Origin: Chrysomallon squamiferum
Lineage: Eukaryota > Animalia > Mollusca
Length of the DNA stretch: 64,000 nucleotides
Assembly: GCA_012295275.1 (NCBI GenBank)
Contig: CM022676.1
Span: 14,508,001 to 14,572,000, forward strand
Direction: 5' to 3'
A program made the translations under genes and the position numbers. Under the pieces are notes generated by a model that searched no databases, was not told the origin of the DNA, and worked only from the letters and a program-made list of their open reading frames with translations. How positions within the stretch are numbered: the first letter of the stretch is position 1; the number at the start of each line of letters is the position of its first letter. Below are positions 1-14,100 of the stretch, piece by piece.

Positions 1-593
1 TGTGTTACTGTCTTTGTTTACCAGCCTACTGCTAATATCTTTCTCTGACGTCCATCTGTTACTACTTCTGTCTGACTCTCTTATGTTGGTATCTCCAGCT
101 CACGACCTTCTATTAGTATCTTTCTGTGATGCCGTTCTGAATAACACTTCACTGTCAGGATGTCGTTCTCACGCCCTTCTGCAACTATATTCGTATGACG
201 CAGTACTATTACTATGAATTAAACAAAATATATATCTCACCAGAACTAGAAATAATTTCTTCCAGAACAGCTACTGACGTTAAATACAAAATTACTGATA
301 CAATAAGTACTAGTACACTTGCTACTAACTCTACTACTACAGCTACTACTAGTACTGGTAATGCTGTTATTAATATTACCATTCCCAATACTACAAATGT
401 TATTACAGTTACTAATATCACTGCTGGCACTGCTGTTATTGCATTAATGTTTAGCTGTTGTCTTCATTAGATAGTTAAAACTAAATAGTTTTATTTTACC
501 TGTGTTTGCTGCTCTATTCACTGATGTAGTTGTTGCTGGATACTGATTAGTTGTGTGTTCCTCTGAAATGTCATCATTACCAAACATTAATGT

Positions 594-875
<282 letters not shown>

Positions 876-1379
876 ACAACAGAAACCAAGAAGTCTGATA
901 TGTGTCTGGAACGAATTTTAGATAAATGCAGAGGGAACACATTGATACATATATACATACATAGACACATTTCATTATATAAATACATCATTACAAAGAG
1001 TTACTGTTTTTTCCTTTCTCTTTGATTATTGTTATTATTATTAATGCATCAGTAACTGAAAACTTGCAATATTTTTTTCTCACCTCTTGTGACAAATATC
1101 AGTTTTGGTATTTTCCACTCGAACTTAATGCCTGATTTTAGAACAATGTACACTATTAAAATTGTAGTCCATATTATCACTACAGAAACTGCTGCCGATG
1201 TCGTTAACGTCCATACAATCGCAGAATAACCTTTGACCTCTCTACCTGCAAAATAAACCAAAAACTTTGTTTTATATTATTAGTATTATTGTTGTTGTTG
1301 TTGTTTCCGTTTGAGTTAATATAAATTCCTATTATACAGATATAGTCGGATTGTTATAAAGTATTGTTAGACAGATATA

Positions 1380-1547
1380 CTGTCACTGTTATTAATTGTT
1401 ACTTCACTGTTACACTGTCACTGTTATAAAGTGTTATTACACTGATAAACTGTTAATGTTACAGTGCTATTACACTGTATAGTGTCGGTGTTATAAAGTG
1501 TTATTACAGTGATATATTGCCACTGTTATAAAATTGTATTACACTAG
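1380..1547. repeat. Degenerate minisatellite (cactgttataaagtgttatta-like units) abutting the NHL fragment
   Basis: Repeated cactgtta/gtgttattaca words. Confidence 0.7.
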
Positions 1548-1572
1548 TATACTCTCTTTGTTATTGTATTGG

Positions 1573-2049
1573 TATATCGCTGTGTTACCCGGCAACGGTC
1601 TCGCAGTCACTAAGTCTTATGATGGTCAGCACTTGGATGTATTGACAGACAGTGGTCAGCTCATTAATTCTGTCTCAGTAGATTTGATCCCCAAACCGTG
1701 GAGTCTCACAGTTTACGATCAAAATCTGGTTGTTGTGTCACTGAGAGATAATGTAAACAGTTTATTTTGTGTGACGTCATCATGTGACGTCAAACGGGAG
1801 ACACATGATTCAGACAGACTGAGAAATTTGAGAGGTGTTACATGTGACAGGGAGGGGAATATGTTTGTTTGTGACTGGAATAGAAATTGTGTTGTTCAGT
1901 TGTCACGAGATGGTAATATTACACGTGACATCCTCACTGACCAGGATGGACTGTCCGAACCTTGGGCTGTCTGTTGTGAGGATAACAAACTGTACTTGGC
2001 AGAGCGCTTCTCCGGACAAATAAAAATGTTTACTTGGTCTAAAACGTAA
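1573..2049 (+). CDS. C-terminal NHL-like beta-propeller exon or fragment, of the kind found in invertebrate B-box/TRIM-NHL-like proteins; 5' part not visible, possibly a pseudogene fragment
   Basis: Open frame with propeller-blade motifs (IAVLPGNGLAVT, PWSLTV, LRGVTCDREGNMFVCDWNRNCVVQLSRDG, LSEPWAVCCEDNKLYLAE) ending in TAA at 2047-2049. Upstream sequence is minisatellite with no convincing start codon or acceptor. Confidence 0.75.
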   Translation, partial: YIAVLPGNGLAVTKSYDGQHLDVLTDSGQLINSVSVDLIPKPWSLTVYDQNLVVVSLRDNVNSLFCVTSSCDVKRETHDSDRLRNLRGVTCDREGNMFVCDWNRNCVVQLSRDGNITRDILTDQDGLSEPWAVCCEDNKLYLAERFSGQIKMFTWSKT

Positions 2050-2365
2050 ACTTCAAACTGTCTGCTAAGTTAGTTTCACATTAAATGTTTTGAAGTTGAA
2101 AGTCCACAGACACTTAACTCGAATTGAAAAATGTATTTAAATCAGTTATTTATTTATTCTAAAGTAATTAACTTACTTATTTTATTTACTTTCTTTCATT
2201 TTTCTTTATGAAAAAGAAACACATACACACACAGATATATATGTATATATTATTTAATGAATTATTATGCTTAATTAATGTCTCATTTATTTTTATTAAA
2301 TTACAATGTAAATTCCAAAACAAAATCTGATTTACTTTCAAAATTGCCATCCAGTTGTTTAATTT

Positions 2366-2473
<108 letters not shown>

Positions 2474-3352
2474 TTTACCCATTTCTGTATTTCAGTTACC
2501 CCCTTCACACTGTGAAAGTAAATAAATAATGTATTAATACGATAATTGAAAATAAATATAGTAATAAATAAATCATCATTCTTACCTTCAGAGTAGTTAC
2601 GAAGACTGAAGATTAAAATGACAAACAAATTGAAATAATCCTTGTTCATGGTTTCTGCACCAAACTGAAATATTTTTTCTTTACAGCTTAATCAGTTTTT
2701 GTTGTGTTTTAGTTCTCCTTCTATTTTGCCTTTCATTAAAACACTTGTTTTGACGTACTGCTATGATTCCAAAATTATATATTAAAATTACATATCTGAA
2801 GGACTGCAACCAAGTTAACAAGTAAAACAAGCCTAAGAATATCGTAATTTGGGGTTGATATTGCCTTATTTTTCTTTTTACTCTTTATAAATTCCAGTGA
2901 CCAGATGTTTATCAAAATGTTCACTCATGATAACACTTACTTCCACTCTGAAGCAGAGTAAAACTTTTCAGTTTTCAAACTGTTTTCTGTGAGACATAAC
3001 ACAATATCTGTCACTTCTCAAGTGAGTAGACTGATTACACAGTTTTATTCTCGATCACTTTTCTTTCAGTGAAAACAAGAAAACAGGCACGTTTTAAATC
3101 TTTCTTTATTTTATTTTTTCTTTTGAATTTTTCACTTGACGATCAGTTGACTTCTCGAGATGTAACAAGACTAATGATTATTGTATGACACACAGTAAGA
3201 ACTGTAAATAGCAGATATCTGCGTTAACTTCCTGATTTTCTCTCATCCTGTCATCACTTACAACATACAGGACGTGACCTTTGTTACGCGTAGACAAAAG
3301 AGGGTTGTGGTTTACGAGATGGAGCGAGGGGCAATAGCTGTCAACAAGAACG

Positions 3353-3390
<38 letters not shown>

Positions 3391-3629
3391 CATATGTATA
3401 TGAATGTATATATATATAAGAAGATGAAGAAGAAGAAGAAGAAGAAGAAGAAGAAGAAGAAGAAGAAGAAGACGAAGAAGAAGAAGAAATATATTAACTA
3501 TAATAATTAAAATAATAAAGATATTTTTAATTAATTTTTTCCGTTTGATGTCATTGCTACATCAAAACAAGAAATAAACATCAAATATGAGCCGCCATAT
3601 TTTCTGTGGTCATCGTCACTAAACAACTT

Positions 3630-4320
3630 GGACACAACATAAAGCGAAATTCACAGATGGGTTGAGTTATGTTGTCACCACAGAGAAATTTCATCGCAAT
3701 AAAACAAGCATGACAAATCACACAAGTAAAAATAATCATAACACAAACATTACAAATCACAGAAGTAAAAATAACTATAACACAAACATTACAAATCACA
3801 AAAGTAAAAATAACTATAACACACGCATTACAAATATATTCCAACGTTTTACTGAATTTCCATAATAACGTCTTATTTTGATAGAACGTGGATACAACAT
3901 AAAGCGAAATTCACAGATGGGCAGAGTCATCTAGTCACCACATAGATATTTCATAACAATCACACAAACATTATAAACGTCACAAACAAAAATATCTAGA
4001 TGCAAACACTACAAATCACACAAGTAATAATAATATAAGAGAAATATTACAAACTATACAAGAAAAATATCTATAACTCACGCATTATTAATCATACAAG
4101 TAAAAATAACTATAACACAAACATTAAAGTAACACAAGTAAAATAACTATAACAGAAAATTAAAAAATCACCACAGACAAAATAACTATAAGACACGCAT
4201 TATAAATCACACATGTAAAAACAACTATAACAGAAACATTACAAATGACACAAGTAAATATAAGTATAACACAGACATTACAAATATATTTCAATGGTTT
4301 ATTGAATTCGCGTAATGTTG
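3630..4320. repeat. Duplicated ~260-bp block carrying a ~39-bp minisatellite (cacaaacattacaaatcacacaagtaaaaataactataa)
   Basis: acaacataaagcgaaattcacagatggg occurs at ~3633 and ~3894, each followed by ~39-bp units. Confidence 0.85.
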
Positions 4321-4409
4321 TCTTGTTTAATCAAAACAACGACCTCTCTGATGTTGGTGATGTCAGGAAAGACTCCGTTTTCAACTTCCACTGAGCCTTT
4401 CTTAATTAA

Positions 4410-4640
4410 ACCCCTAGAAATCAGTGTCGTTCACAACGACAACTCTAGAAGTCAGTGTTGTTCATAGCTAGAACTCTAGAACTTAGTGTTGTTCAAAGTA
4501 AGAACTCTAGAAATCAGTGTTGTTCAAACTAAGAACTGTAAAAATCAGTGTTGTTCAAAACTACAACCATAGAACTCAGTGTCGTCATAGCTACACATCT
4601 ACAGATCAGTGACGTCCGTAGCTACAACTCTAGAGATCAA
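4410..4640. repeat. ~31-bp tandem minisatellite (ctctagaaatcagtgttgttcaaactaagaa), about 7 degenerate copies
   Basis: Visible periodicity of tagaa.tcagtgt.gttca. Confidence 0.85.
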
Positions 4641-5424
4641 TACAGTTAACTGTGTAGTGTTGTATGTCGTTTACATATCGTTTTGTAGCAGACACAAGGA
4701 CACATGATCACTTTGTCACACCTAAGAAACGTGTAACGGAAACACAGAAAAACTATATTTCTTGACAACTCTATAGAAAAACGAAAGTGAGAAAAGCAAG
4801 ATTTTACTTTGTCATATTTTTCAGTATCAGGTACTGAATCACTTCTTGTGTTATCTCTATTAGTAGTATAAATACTGTAACCTGCACAAATACTAATACT
4901 TTTACCACTGCTCTGCTGTATGCAAATAATACTTTCAGCTTGTATAATCAAACAAAGAAAGAAAAGAAGATTTGAAAGAAAAAGAAGACAATGAAGAAGA
5001 AAAAGAAGTAGAAAACAACAAAAAGAACAAATGATAAATAACTGAACAAAGATTGTACTTTATTTATGTGCAAAATTCGTTTCGAAACAAATATTTATGA
5101 TAATATATAATACATAAGAAGAGTGTAATAATTTTATGCACAATAATAATTTTAAAAATCTGATCTTCTTCCTATTTTAATTAAAAGTAATATATATATA
5201 TGTGTATATATATATTTTTTAAATTCGGCATTACACTCACAATATGCATGTGTCTCTGACTAACTGACTAACAGTCTCTTTCTATCTGTATCACAGTTGT
5301 GTTTGAGTCAGAATTAACAGCTAAATCAGCTATCATTGAAAGAAAACAGTGACAGAAAAAACAAAATACAACTATTAGAAATAATAATAATAATATTAAT
5401 AATAATAATAACAGTGATATTAAA

Positions 5425-5455
<31 letters not shown>

Positions 5456-6136
5456 GCAGTTATAATAATAATTACAACAACAACAACAAAAAGAATACTG
5501 ACAACGTCCACAGTGACAATAACAGAAAAACGCAATCAAAAACATTAAAGAAAAATAACAAAACAATTACAGTAATTAATTGCATGTCGGAACATAAGTA
5601 TTAATAGAGAATTATCTACAAAGTTCTTGTTTGCTGATATTCATTTTTCAGTTGTTGTTATTAAATAACCCTTTCTAAAGTTCTTTCCTGGGATTGCAAG
5701 AGAATTTGGAGAAACGCAGTTACATCCCTTTCATCCGTTTGTTTTCGCTTCCACATCTTTCGTTCGAGTGAAAACTGAAAATATAATATTAATTAATTAT
5801 AGTAGCAAAAATGCTAGAAATAACTAATGAGAATCATTAATTACGAAACAATTACTTTTAAATAAATAAATTATTAAATGAACAAAGACACAAGGAAACA
5901 GACTAGCAAAAGTTACTGAAGAGATAAGTAAATTAATGTTCATTAAAATTATATACAAGTACATATACTCTACACACACACATATACGCAAAACACACAA
6001 ACACACATACACAAACACAGAAACATAGACACACATAAAGAAGCCACTAAACGTATAATGTATAATTAGTTTACATTCAAATATATTAATAAAAACAGAC
6101 ACACACAAATCATTTTCTGAGTTTCTGTCTTTGCAG

Positions 6137-6289
6137 CATCTCGGTTTGGACAAGGCAGTGGACCTATTTGGCTTGATGGACTTGACTGTAAGGGAGATGA
6201 AGAAAGTGTAGACTATTGTTCATTCTCTCCTTGGGGTGACAACAACTGTAGTCATAATCAAGACGTGGGAATCAGCTGATTGAGTCACA
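6137..6289 (+). pseudogene. Scavenger receptor cysteine-rich (SRCR) domain C-terminal-half exon with an in-frame TGA
   Basis: ttgcag acceptor and gtaagt donor bound a 153-nt phase 1-1 exon translating SRFGQGSGPIWLDGLDCKGDEESVDYCSFSPWGDNNCSHNQDVGIS*, the classic SRCR FGxGxGPIWLD..C.G.E..L..C....WG..NC.H..D.GV.C signature. The final Cys codon is TGA (6277-6279). Confidence 0.88.
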
Positions 6290-8339
6290 GTAAGTACTGA
6301 AGCAGTGAGATATAGAATCAGTAAAACTAATAAACATGATAAAATATTTAGTTAATAGATTAACATAACCAATCTAGGAGATGTAGCAAAATAAATCTGA
6401 AGAATTATGTTAATTAGGTCATCATATCTGTTATTGTAACTGGTGTATTTTCTATGTGTGATGTTGTGATGGTTCATATCAGATTATGACAATATTAAGT
6501 GTATGAAATGTTTCTGAATGACACACACACACACTGAGGTTGTATTAGTTAAAGGACTGATGACAAATATAGTCCTGATTTCAAACTGCTGCTTAAGCAT
6601 TTTTGAAATTGAAATTGTCCATTTAACTACATCTTCAGTGTAGTTCAAGCTTAATACAGTTTAATAAACATATTATTTTTGTTACTTGTTTATACAAAGA
6701 GGTTTGACAACCAATACATTATTTACAAACATACATTGTCACTGTAATCATTTCACTGTATTCTAAGGAACTGCTTTTATTTGCTCTTAATGTCTTTTAT
6801 GTTTTCTAGTCTGAAAATCCTCCGTTTGCTCTTGTTACTACACTCTGCCAGTGAAACACAAATGTTTTGTTTTCATTGATTCATCAAGTTGATATTGTTT
6901 ATCACTTGTCACTGGTCAGTATGTTGAATGACACTTCTTTCTGTCTGAGTGTTCACCTGAGTCCTAATTAAAGACAGAATCATGTAATTACATGAATACA
7001 AGTTGTATGCTGTGTTGTATATTACACAAATTCACTGTTTATGGCAGAGAGTACACTGTATAATGATTGTGTCAAAGACAAGGAAGAAAAGAAGTTTACA
7101 ACACCCAGCTGCCAAAAGGTTAACAAAGCATGAATAACGTTCAAAATTCTGTCTTGCTGATATGTGTTTATGAAAGGGAAACACCCACTTGTCACTGCTT
7201 CTCATACCTCAAGTTTCCCTTGCTGCCTGTATATATTACAATCTTGCAGATATCAGTGAAAACTGCAGAGTCAAAAATGGAAACGAGTGAGACAAGGCTA
7301 CAGATTTTAAAAACTCTGTGTTTGTTACACATATTTGCCGTATCACTGACACTAATTTACTTTAAAAACTACCTTTAAGATTTCATCATCGCATGTTTTC
7401 CTGTAAAAGGGTATTACAGATGGTCAAACATAGCTTTAACTATTTGCAAATATTATCTGTTAAATTCAGTTTGTTTACTTATTATAATTATTAATACATA
7501 TTTATTTAAAATGTGTAATTACTTTATCTTTCCTCTGTTTCATACATAGAAATTAGACAGTCTGCAAGATTATATATACATATACAAATTAGTACTTTAA
7601 TAAAACTATCTATAGTTAGTGTGGAAATACATCTACTGAAACAGTTTCACAGCTATTAGGATTGTATATTAAAACAAAGACAACAGTATCTATTTTCATC
7701 ACAGCTTACATTGTGCATGTTCCTTGAAACTTTTCTTACAACATTAGAACAACAAGTAGCCAGAACCTCTGCTTCACCAGTTAGTTATTCAATAAATGTT
7801 TCGACTGTGTGATCTCTGTACTTCGATCCAGACTGAAGTGGATCCACTCTGTTGTTGTCCTTCAGATCAAACATGTCAGCTTCAAGAGATTCACAACATA
7901 ATTTTTATTGTTTATTTTCAGCAATTTTATTTTATTTTATTCTGTTATAGATACAGATAACACTTTATATATTATTGTTATTCTTGTTCTTCAATTGTTA
8001 TTGTTGTTACTACTATCATGATAATTATTATTTGTATTTTACAATAATTAGTATCATATTCTGTGTACATTCCTCTCTTTGTACAATATGTATTCATAAA
8101 TTTAGTTTTATACTAAGAAATATTAATATTAAAAAATGTTAACATGCAAATACAAGTTTTTTATTAATTGTAATCATTCTACATATATAAATCATGATAA
8201 CCATTGATTTGAAAAAAGTACAGACATATAATTTAAACATTAATTTTTATTGTTTTTAATTTACAATTTCTATAACATAACTCTTTGCTATTTCATCCTA
8301 GCTTAACACACATTCTTATTACATATACATCTGTGTGTC

Positions 8340-8398
<59 letters not shown>

Positions 8399-8507
8399 TT
8401 GTGTTGGGAGGGTTGTTTAAGAGTGTTGGTATGCGAGATAAAAGATATGGAAAATGTAGAATCCTATTCTGATAAAATTATAATTATAATTAACTTTTAT
8501 GATTTCA

Positions 8508-8857
8508 GAACATTATTACTGTGAAGACTTGACAGAAGCAGACACAGACTGAGAAAAGGGATCTGAGATTGGTGCGAATGCAAGACTGAGAAAATTCAAA
8601 TAAAATGTAAGCACTTATCACATAATGTTACTAAACATAATGCTATGATATTACTATAAATAAATTAAGAAATTACTTTTAGATAATTAAATAAAAATTG
8701 AATATTAATTAAATATGTTAGAATAGATTTAGTAAAAGAATGAATAAATAGAGAGCGAATGTGTGTGTATGTGTTTGGATATGTATGAATGCCTGCATTT
8801 CAATACATAGTATATATCTCTTATTTATGCATTTCTTTTATTTAGTTACTTACATAT

Positions 8858-8908
<51 letters not shown>

Positions 8909-9720
8909 TTTCAGGATGGTGAAATAAACATATTAATCATCAGTGCTCTTCCCTATGCACAGACTCATTCACTAGCTGAAGCTGACAACTGAAGATGACA
9001 AATTACTAAAGTGAGAACTCAAAACATGAACTGACAACATGGAAGTCACAAAGTAGGTAAAAAATACTTTGTTTTAATTTGGTTAGGAATTGTTTTCATT
9101 TGAGTATTTCATTTGTTTTTATTGTTAGATGGTTGTTTTATGAAATGAAATGTGTCGTTTTCTTCATCTGTCTTTCTCTTTCTGTCTGCATCTGACTGTC
9201 TGAATGAGTCCATCTGTAAACATTTTTACCATTTATGTTATTTTATTATTATGATTATTATTATTATTATTATTTATCTCGTTACATCTGTATCATTTTG
9301 TTTGTTTGTCTACCTGTATAATTGTGTTTCTTTATCGATCTCTGTCCATAAATCTGTTATACATGCATTCCTGTATTAAAGATTTATATTTTGAGAAAGT
9401 TTAGTTAAATTTTGCTACCTGGAAATATATGTTTTATATACACACAACAGAATTTTAACTTACAACACTTGTATGTATTTGCATGTATTTAAAGACATCT
9501 AATTAACATTCATTACTTTTATTCATCTTCAGGCTTTGAAAGTTCATCTGGAATTATACAGATCAGAGAAAACTGTTAGTGACAAGGCAGTGGGTTCCTT
9601 GCTGATCTCAAGTGACAGTTACTCATTACTCAGGATGAAGATCCTAATACGTTCAACAAAAAAAAAAAAAAAAAAAAAACACAAAAAAAAAAAAAAAAAA
9701 AAAAAGAGAAACAAACAAGG
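8508..9720 (+). other. Three exon-like blocks (~8508-8606, ~8915-9056, ~9533-9720) with AG/GT borders but no sustained ORF: lncRNA or decayed gene
   Basis: Pyrimidine-rich ttcag acceptors, gtaag/gtaaa donors and more balanced composition than the flanks; stops in the frames tried. Confidence 0.35.
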
Positions 9721-9828
9721 GTAGAAAATTTAAATAAATGTGATTCTTTGAAAATTAATATAACATTTGAGATCCACTGTGGTTAGATGCAGTCAATATC
9801 GAATATAGATTTTAATGGAAAGAAGCTG

Positions 9829-9873
<45 letters not shown>

Positions 9874-10872
9874 TTTCTCAGATGATATAAGAATTTTTGG
9901 CACATAGAGACAACATTAGAAGAAATAATTGTTTTCAAATACAACTTAACCTGAACTAATACAAGCATTTTACTTCAACTGTTATGGCTATATTTTTTGT
10001 AGAAAAAAAAAATAAATAAATAAATAAATAAATAAATAAACAAATAAATAAATAAAAAGTTACGTATATTTCTAATAAAAATTAAATATCTTTTAAAACA
10101 ATTATAAGAAAATAGTTTTTAAATTCAATTTTGAGATTTGAAATATTTCTCACTATTATTAATATTTATATTCAGTACAGAGATATGCAGAATTAGATTG
10201 TTTTATTTCATCACCAGAGAATACCAATTATATCTCTATTTCTACTAATTTAGTATTAAATCACACACATCAGTTAAACCCTGACAGATGAACTTAATCA
10301 AGACTGGGATTGTATTTCTTTTCATACACTGGTTAACTTAACTGTTCTTTCAGTACACGTGTAATAGAGGATTAAAACCAGAACACGTTTGATAAAACAG
10401 TAGTTACAGTTTGTCTACGTTTCTCCAGGATAACGTTTTAGGTTTTATTCTACGAAATAATCATATTACAACAGTGATGACTAGAATTTATTTTGCAACA
10501 TTACCAGAAACACCATCTAATGAATAGTGTGTTACTAAAATAATAGTAGTTTGTCACAAGAAATCACATCAAGGTTAAATTAAAAGAACAGTAAAAGATA
10601 TCGCTCCCTCTTTCTTCATGAATGATAAGTTGTTCAACTAAACTTTCCTAGGTCATATACAGCTTTCATTTATCTGATACCTTACACTTGCAGCTCAGTT
10701 TAAAGTGTAATCATTTACATGAAAATAAATATTTGTGAATTATTACTGTAATATTATTTTTCAGAAGTTAGGGTCTTTGAATGAAACTTTAAGTTTTAGA
10801 ATCATGTTCAGTTTTGTTCACTAACAATTTACAATTTTTATGCATGAGTAGAAAGTTAAGAAACAAACACAT

Positions 10873-10936
<64 letters not shown>

Positions 10937-11199
10937 TTAGAAACGAGCTGAAAATAAACAACTATAGAAATAATTTTTCCATCCATAAATTCTTTAAAAT
11001 AATCATATATCACTACTTGTTTACGATGTAAAATATTATTTCAGGAACACTATCATTTGGTCAGATGCTTTGTCCAGGGAGGAAATCAATGTAAATAAAT
11101 GACAAGGGGAAATAACTCTTACGCACAATAAGCATTACATCCGGCTAATCTAAGGCATTTTAAAACTTCAGTTGTAGTAGATAAATATAGAGGAATCTG

Positions 11200-14100
11200 T
11201 AAAAGACAATGGCTTTCAGGACGGCCAGGAACCAGAACAGTAGCATAAAATAAGTTTGGGATATTTCATCTTTCCACGGAGAGAGATTTAAAGATTTTGA
11301 TCAACGCGGATCATGCCGGTTAGATCGCGGTTAGGAAAAACACGAGCAGTGGAGTCACAGACAGGGACGATGTACATCAGAAGAGCAGACACCCAGGTGA
11401 GGCATATAATTTCAGTTTATTATACTAAATTTTGAGATGCAGTTCCAGTAACTAGTTTTCAAAAAACTGTTAATTAATATAATATGTTTTAAATATGTGT
11501 TGCATAGTACTAAAACAAAGACTGATGAGGGTCAGTGTATCGATATAGCTCGATATAGCTGTGTTGTTAGAAATCACCACAGAGTCAGATTCCTTTAGGT
11601 AGGAAATAATGGAAAAGGGGAAACACTATAACACGAGAAAGAGCTCGATTTATTTTTAAAGATATATCATATAGGTAAATGGTCAGATTCTTTTTATGTA
11701 AGTTTTAATTTTGTGTGTTTTATATATTACATGGTTCTCAGTTGTTTTGGAAATTTATGGAAATTCGAACACACAATTATAGTGACTATTTTTATACAGG
11801 ATTTGGTTTTCACAAAAGTAGTTCCCGGTTTCAATAACAATTTAAACGTTTAAGATATAAAACATATTCACTTTTATTATAAAATAAAGGATATGCTTTT
11901 CAGACATATAGTGCAATTTATTTCAGAAAGATTGTGTTTCTTATACACATCTGACATATTGTTTGCTAGCTCAGACAGCAGCAGTGGCACAGGAAAAAGA
12001 AATTTATCACATATGTTTATTCTGTTGTATTCTTCTCAAGTTTAATATTTTATAACTAATCTCAGTTTTATAATTTTTATTCTTGTTTCATACTGATCAT
12101 TTATTGTTTCAAATGCCTGCAATGTTGATTAATACAGAATAGTAAATTTTGAAATATTAATCACCATTTCTAAGTTTGTTTACATTCACAATATCAGATT
12201 TATTTACTTCTGCATGTCAACAGATTTCTCTTATTTTTGGATTTGATTTGTTTGCTTTAAAGAAATCTGTTATCAGTAAAAATCAAGATAAAGAATGAAA
12301 CCCTTTCATATAAGTTTAAAGTTATTCCTAGTGTGTCATAAATATTTCTTTTCAGTGTAACATCACATTTTACTTGTTCATTCTTTTATCACAGATCCAT
12401 TTATTTCTCACTGCTTCATTGTATATACATAAGTTTAGAGTGACAGAGACATACATGTATAGTTTATGTTCATCAGAGCTATTCATTTATTTATATCATT
12501 CTCACTGGCATTTTACTGTCTAGCAATATAACAATTGTTTTTCTTAAAGTTTATCATTTCCTAGTAAAAAGCATTTCATATCAAATTATCATTTCTTTTC
12601 AGTTTGATGCAGTTTGATTTGGGAATAAATACTGAGATTGTGTTGTATGGAAGCAAGGTAAGTGTTATTTTGATCTGCATATAATAAATACAGATGAAAA
12701 TTATTCATTATTTGACTTTTAACAAACACTGAAACAAAAATGTGTTATCCATTGTAATATTAGTTGTGCACAGAGCAGCTTTGATTGCAGAAAAGGAAAA
12801 TGTTCAGCTTGATTAAAACTGACAGAAATGAATGGGACTATTGGTCAGAGATCTTATTTTTTAGTTTTATTATTTTTAACTGTTTCTTCTTTTCTCATCT
12901 AAATCTACTCCTTGTTGTGTTGCAGGGTGTTAATCATGAAGGTGGAGGAACGAAAAATTCAAATGAGAAAAAGAAAAAGATTTAGATTTGTAAGTTGGAC
13001 TACAGAAAAATAGAGCACCATTTACAGACACTTTGTGCAGGGAAAAAACATCTGGCCCATTACAAGAAAGAAGATCCACTAGGAACAGCTAAAAAGAGAC
13101 TGAAGATGGCAGATCTGAAGAAAATAAAGAAACTGATGTAATGTTCGTGACATTTGTAGCTGCTGTGAAGTAAGTAGAAATGAAAATAATTTTAGTCATA
13201 ACTACAAAGTAATAGATTAGTATTTAAGATGTTAAACCAGTCAAACACTAGGAACTTCCCTGTGTTTGAAGCCTTCTGATCTGTTGTGTGAACCACTAGA
13301 GTGAACTTGATAAACACATCAAACATGACTCAGAGATTTTGTAGGAACTTTCTCCATCATCAGGCTTGGTAGTTAGGGTTCTATATTTTATTGCCCATTG
13401 TCAGATTAATAACAAACACTAGATTATTCTAATCATCTCTCAGTCCACCATGGTTTCCTATTATCCAAATTTATTATTCTTAACAACTCACTTTTGTGCC
13501 TCCTGACATATTCCATCAGAACCATGACATGCAGAAACAATTTTGACTTGAAATTTGAGCCTTGATCAGACTGAATTTCATCTGGTAAATCAGTCATAGT
13601 GAATTATTTTATCAGCACTTTTGTTACCACACTAGCTGTCAGCTTACATAATGGGATTGTCTCTGGGAACCTAGTATTCACACACATTATTGTCAGCAGA
13701 GAGTGATTACCCTAGCTAGTTCTGGGCAATGGTCTACTAATACTTTTGAAAAAACAGGTTCACTGATTGATACCAATTTTAGGGCTGTCAATCAGGGGAA
13801 TAACTTGATTTGGTTTCCCAGTTTTCTGACACAACTCACAACTTTTGACAAATTCCTTTGTCTCATGATAAATTCCTGGCCAACAGAAGTCTGATGCAAT
13901 GCACTCATGTTTTCATTCACCCCAAATGACCCGCAAACACATTTTCATGACTTAAACTTAGGATTTCCTGTCTGTATATTCTAGTACTACCACAAATAGT
14001 ATACTCTGACATATATTTAACATATTTCTTCAGAGTATACATCTCTGGCAATTCTGAAATATTGTCATTACCTTCTGTTCTAATAAAACATACAGTTTTC

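Noticed and set aside
2-217. 71-aa Leu-rich ORF with 9-residue periodicity
   Set aside because: Explained by a degenerate 27-bp minisatellite; no ATG start or recognisable domain.
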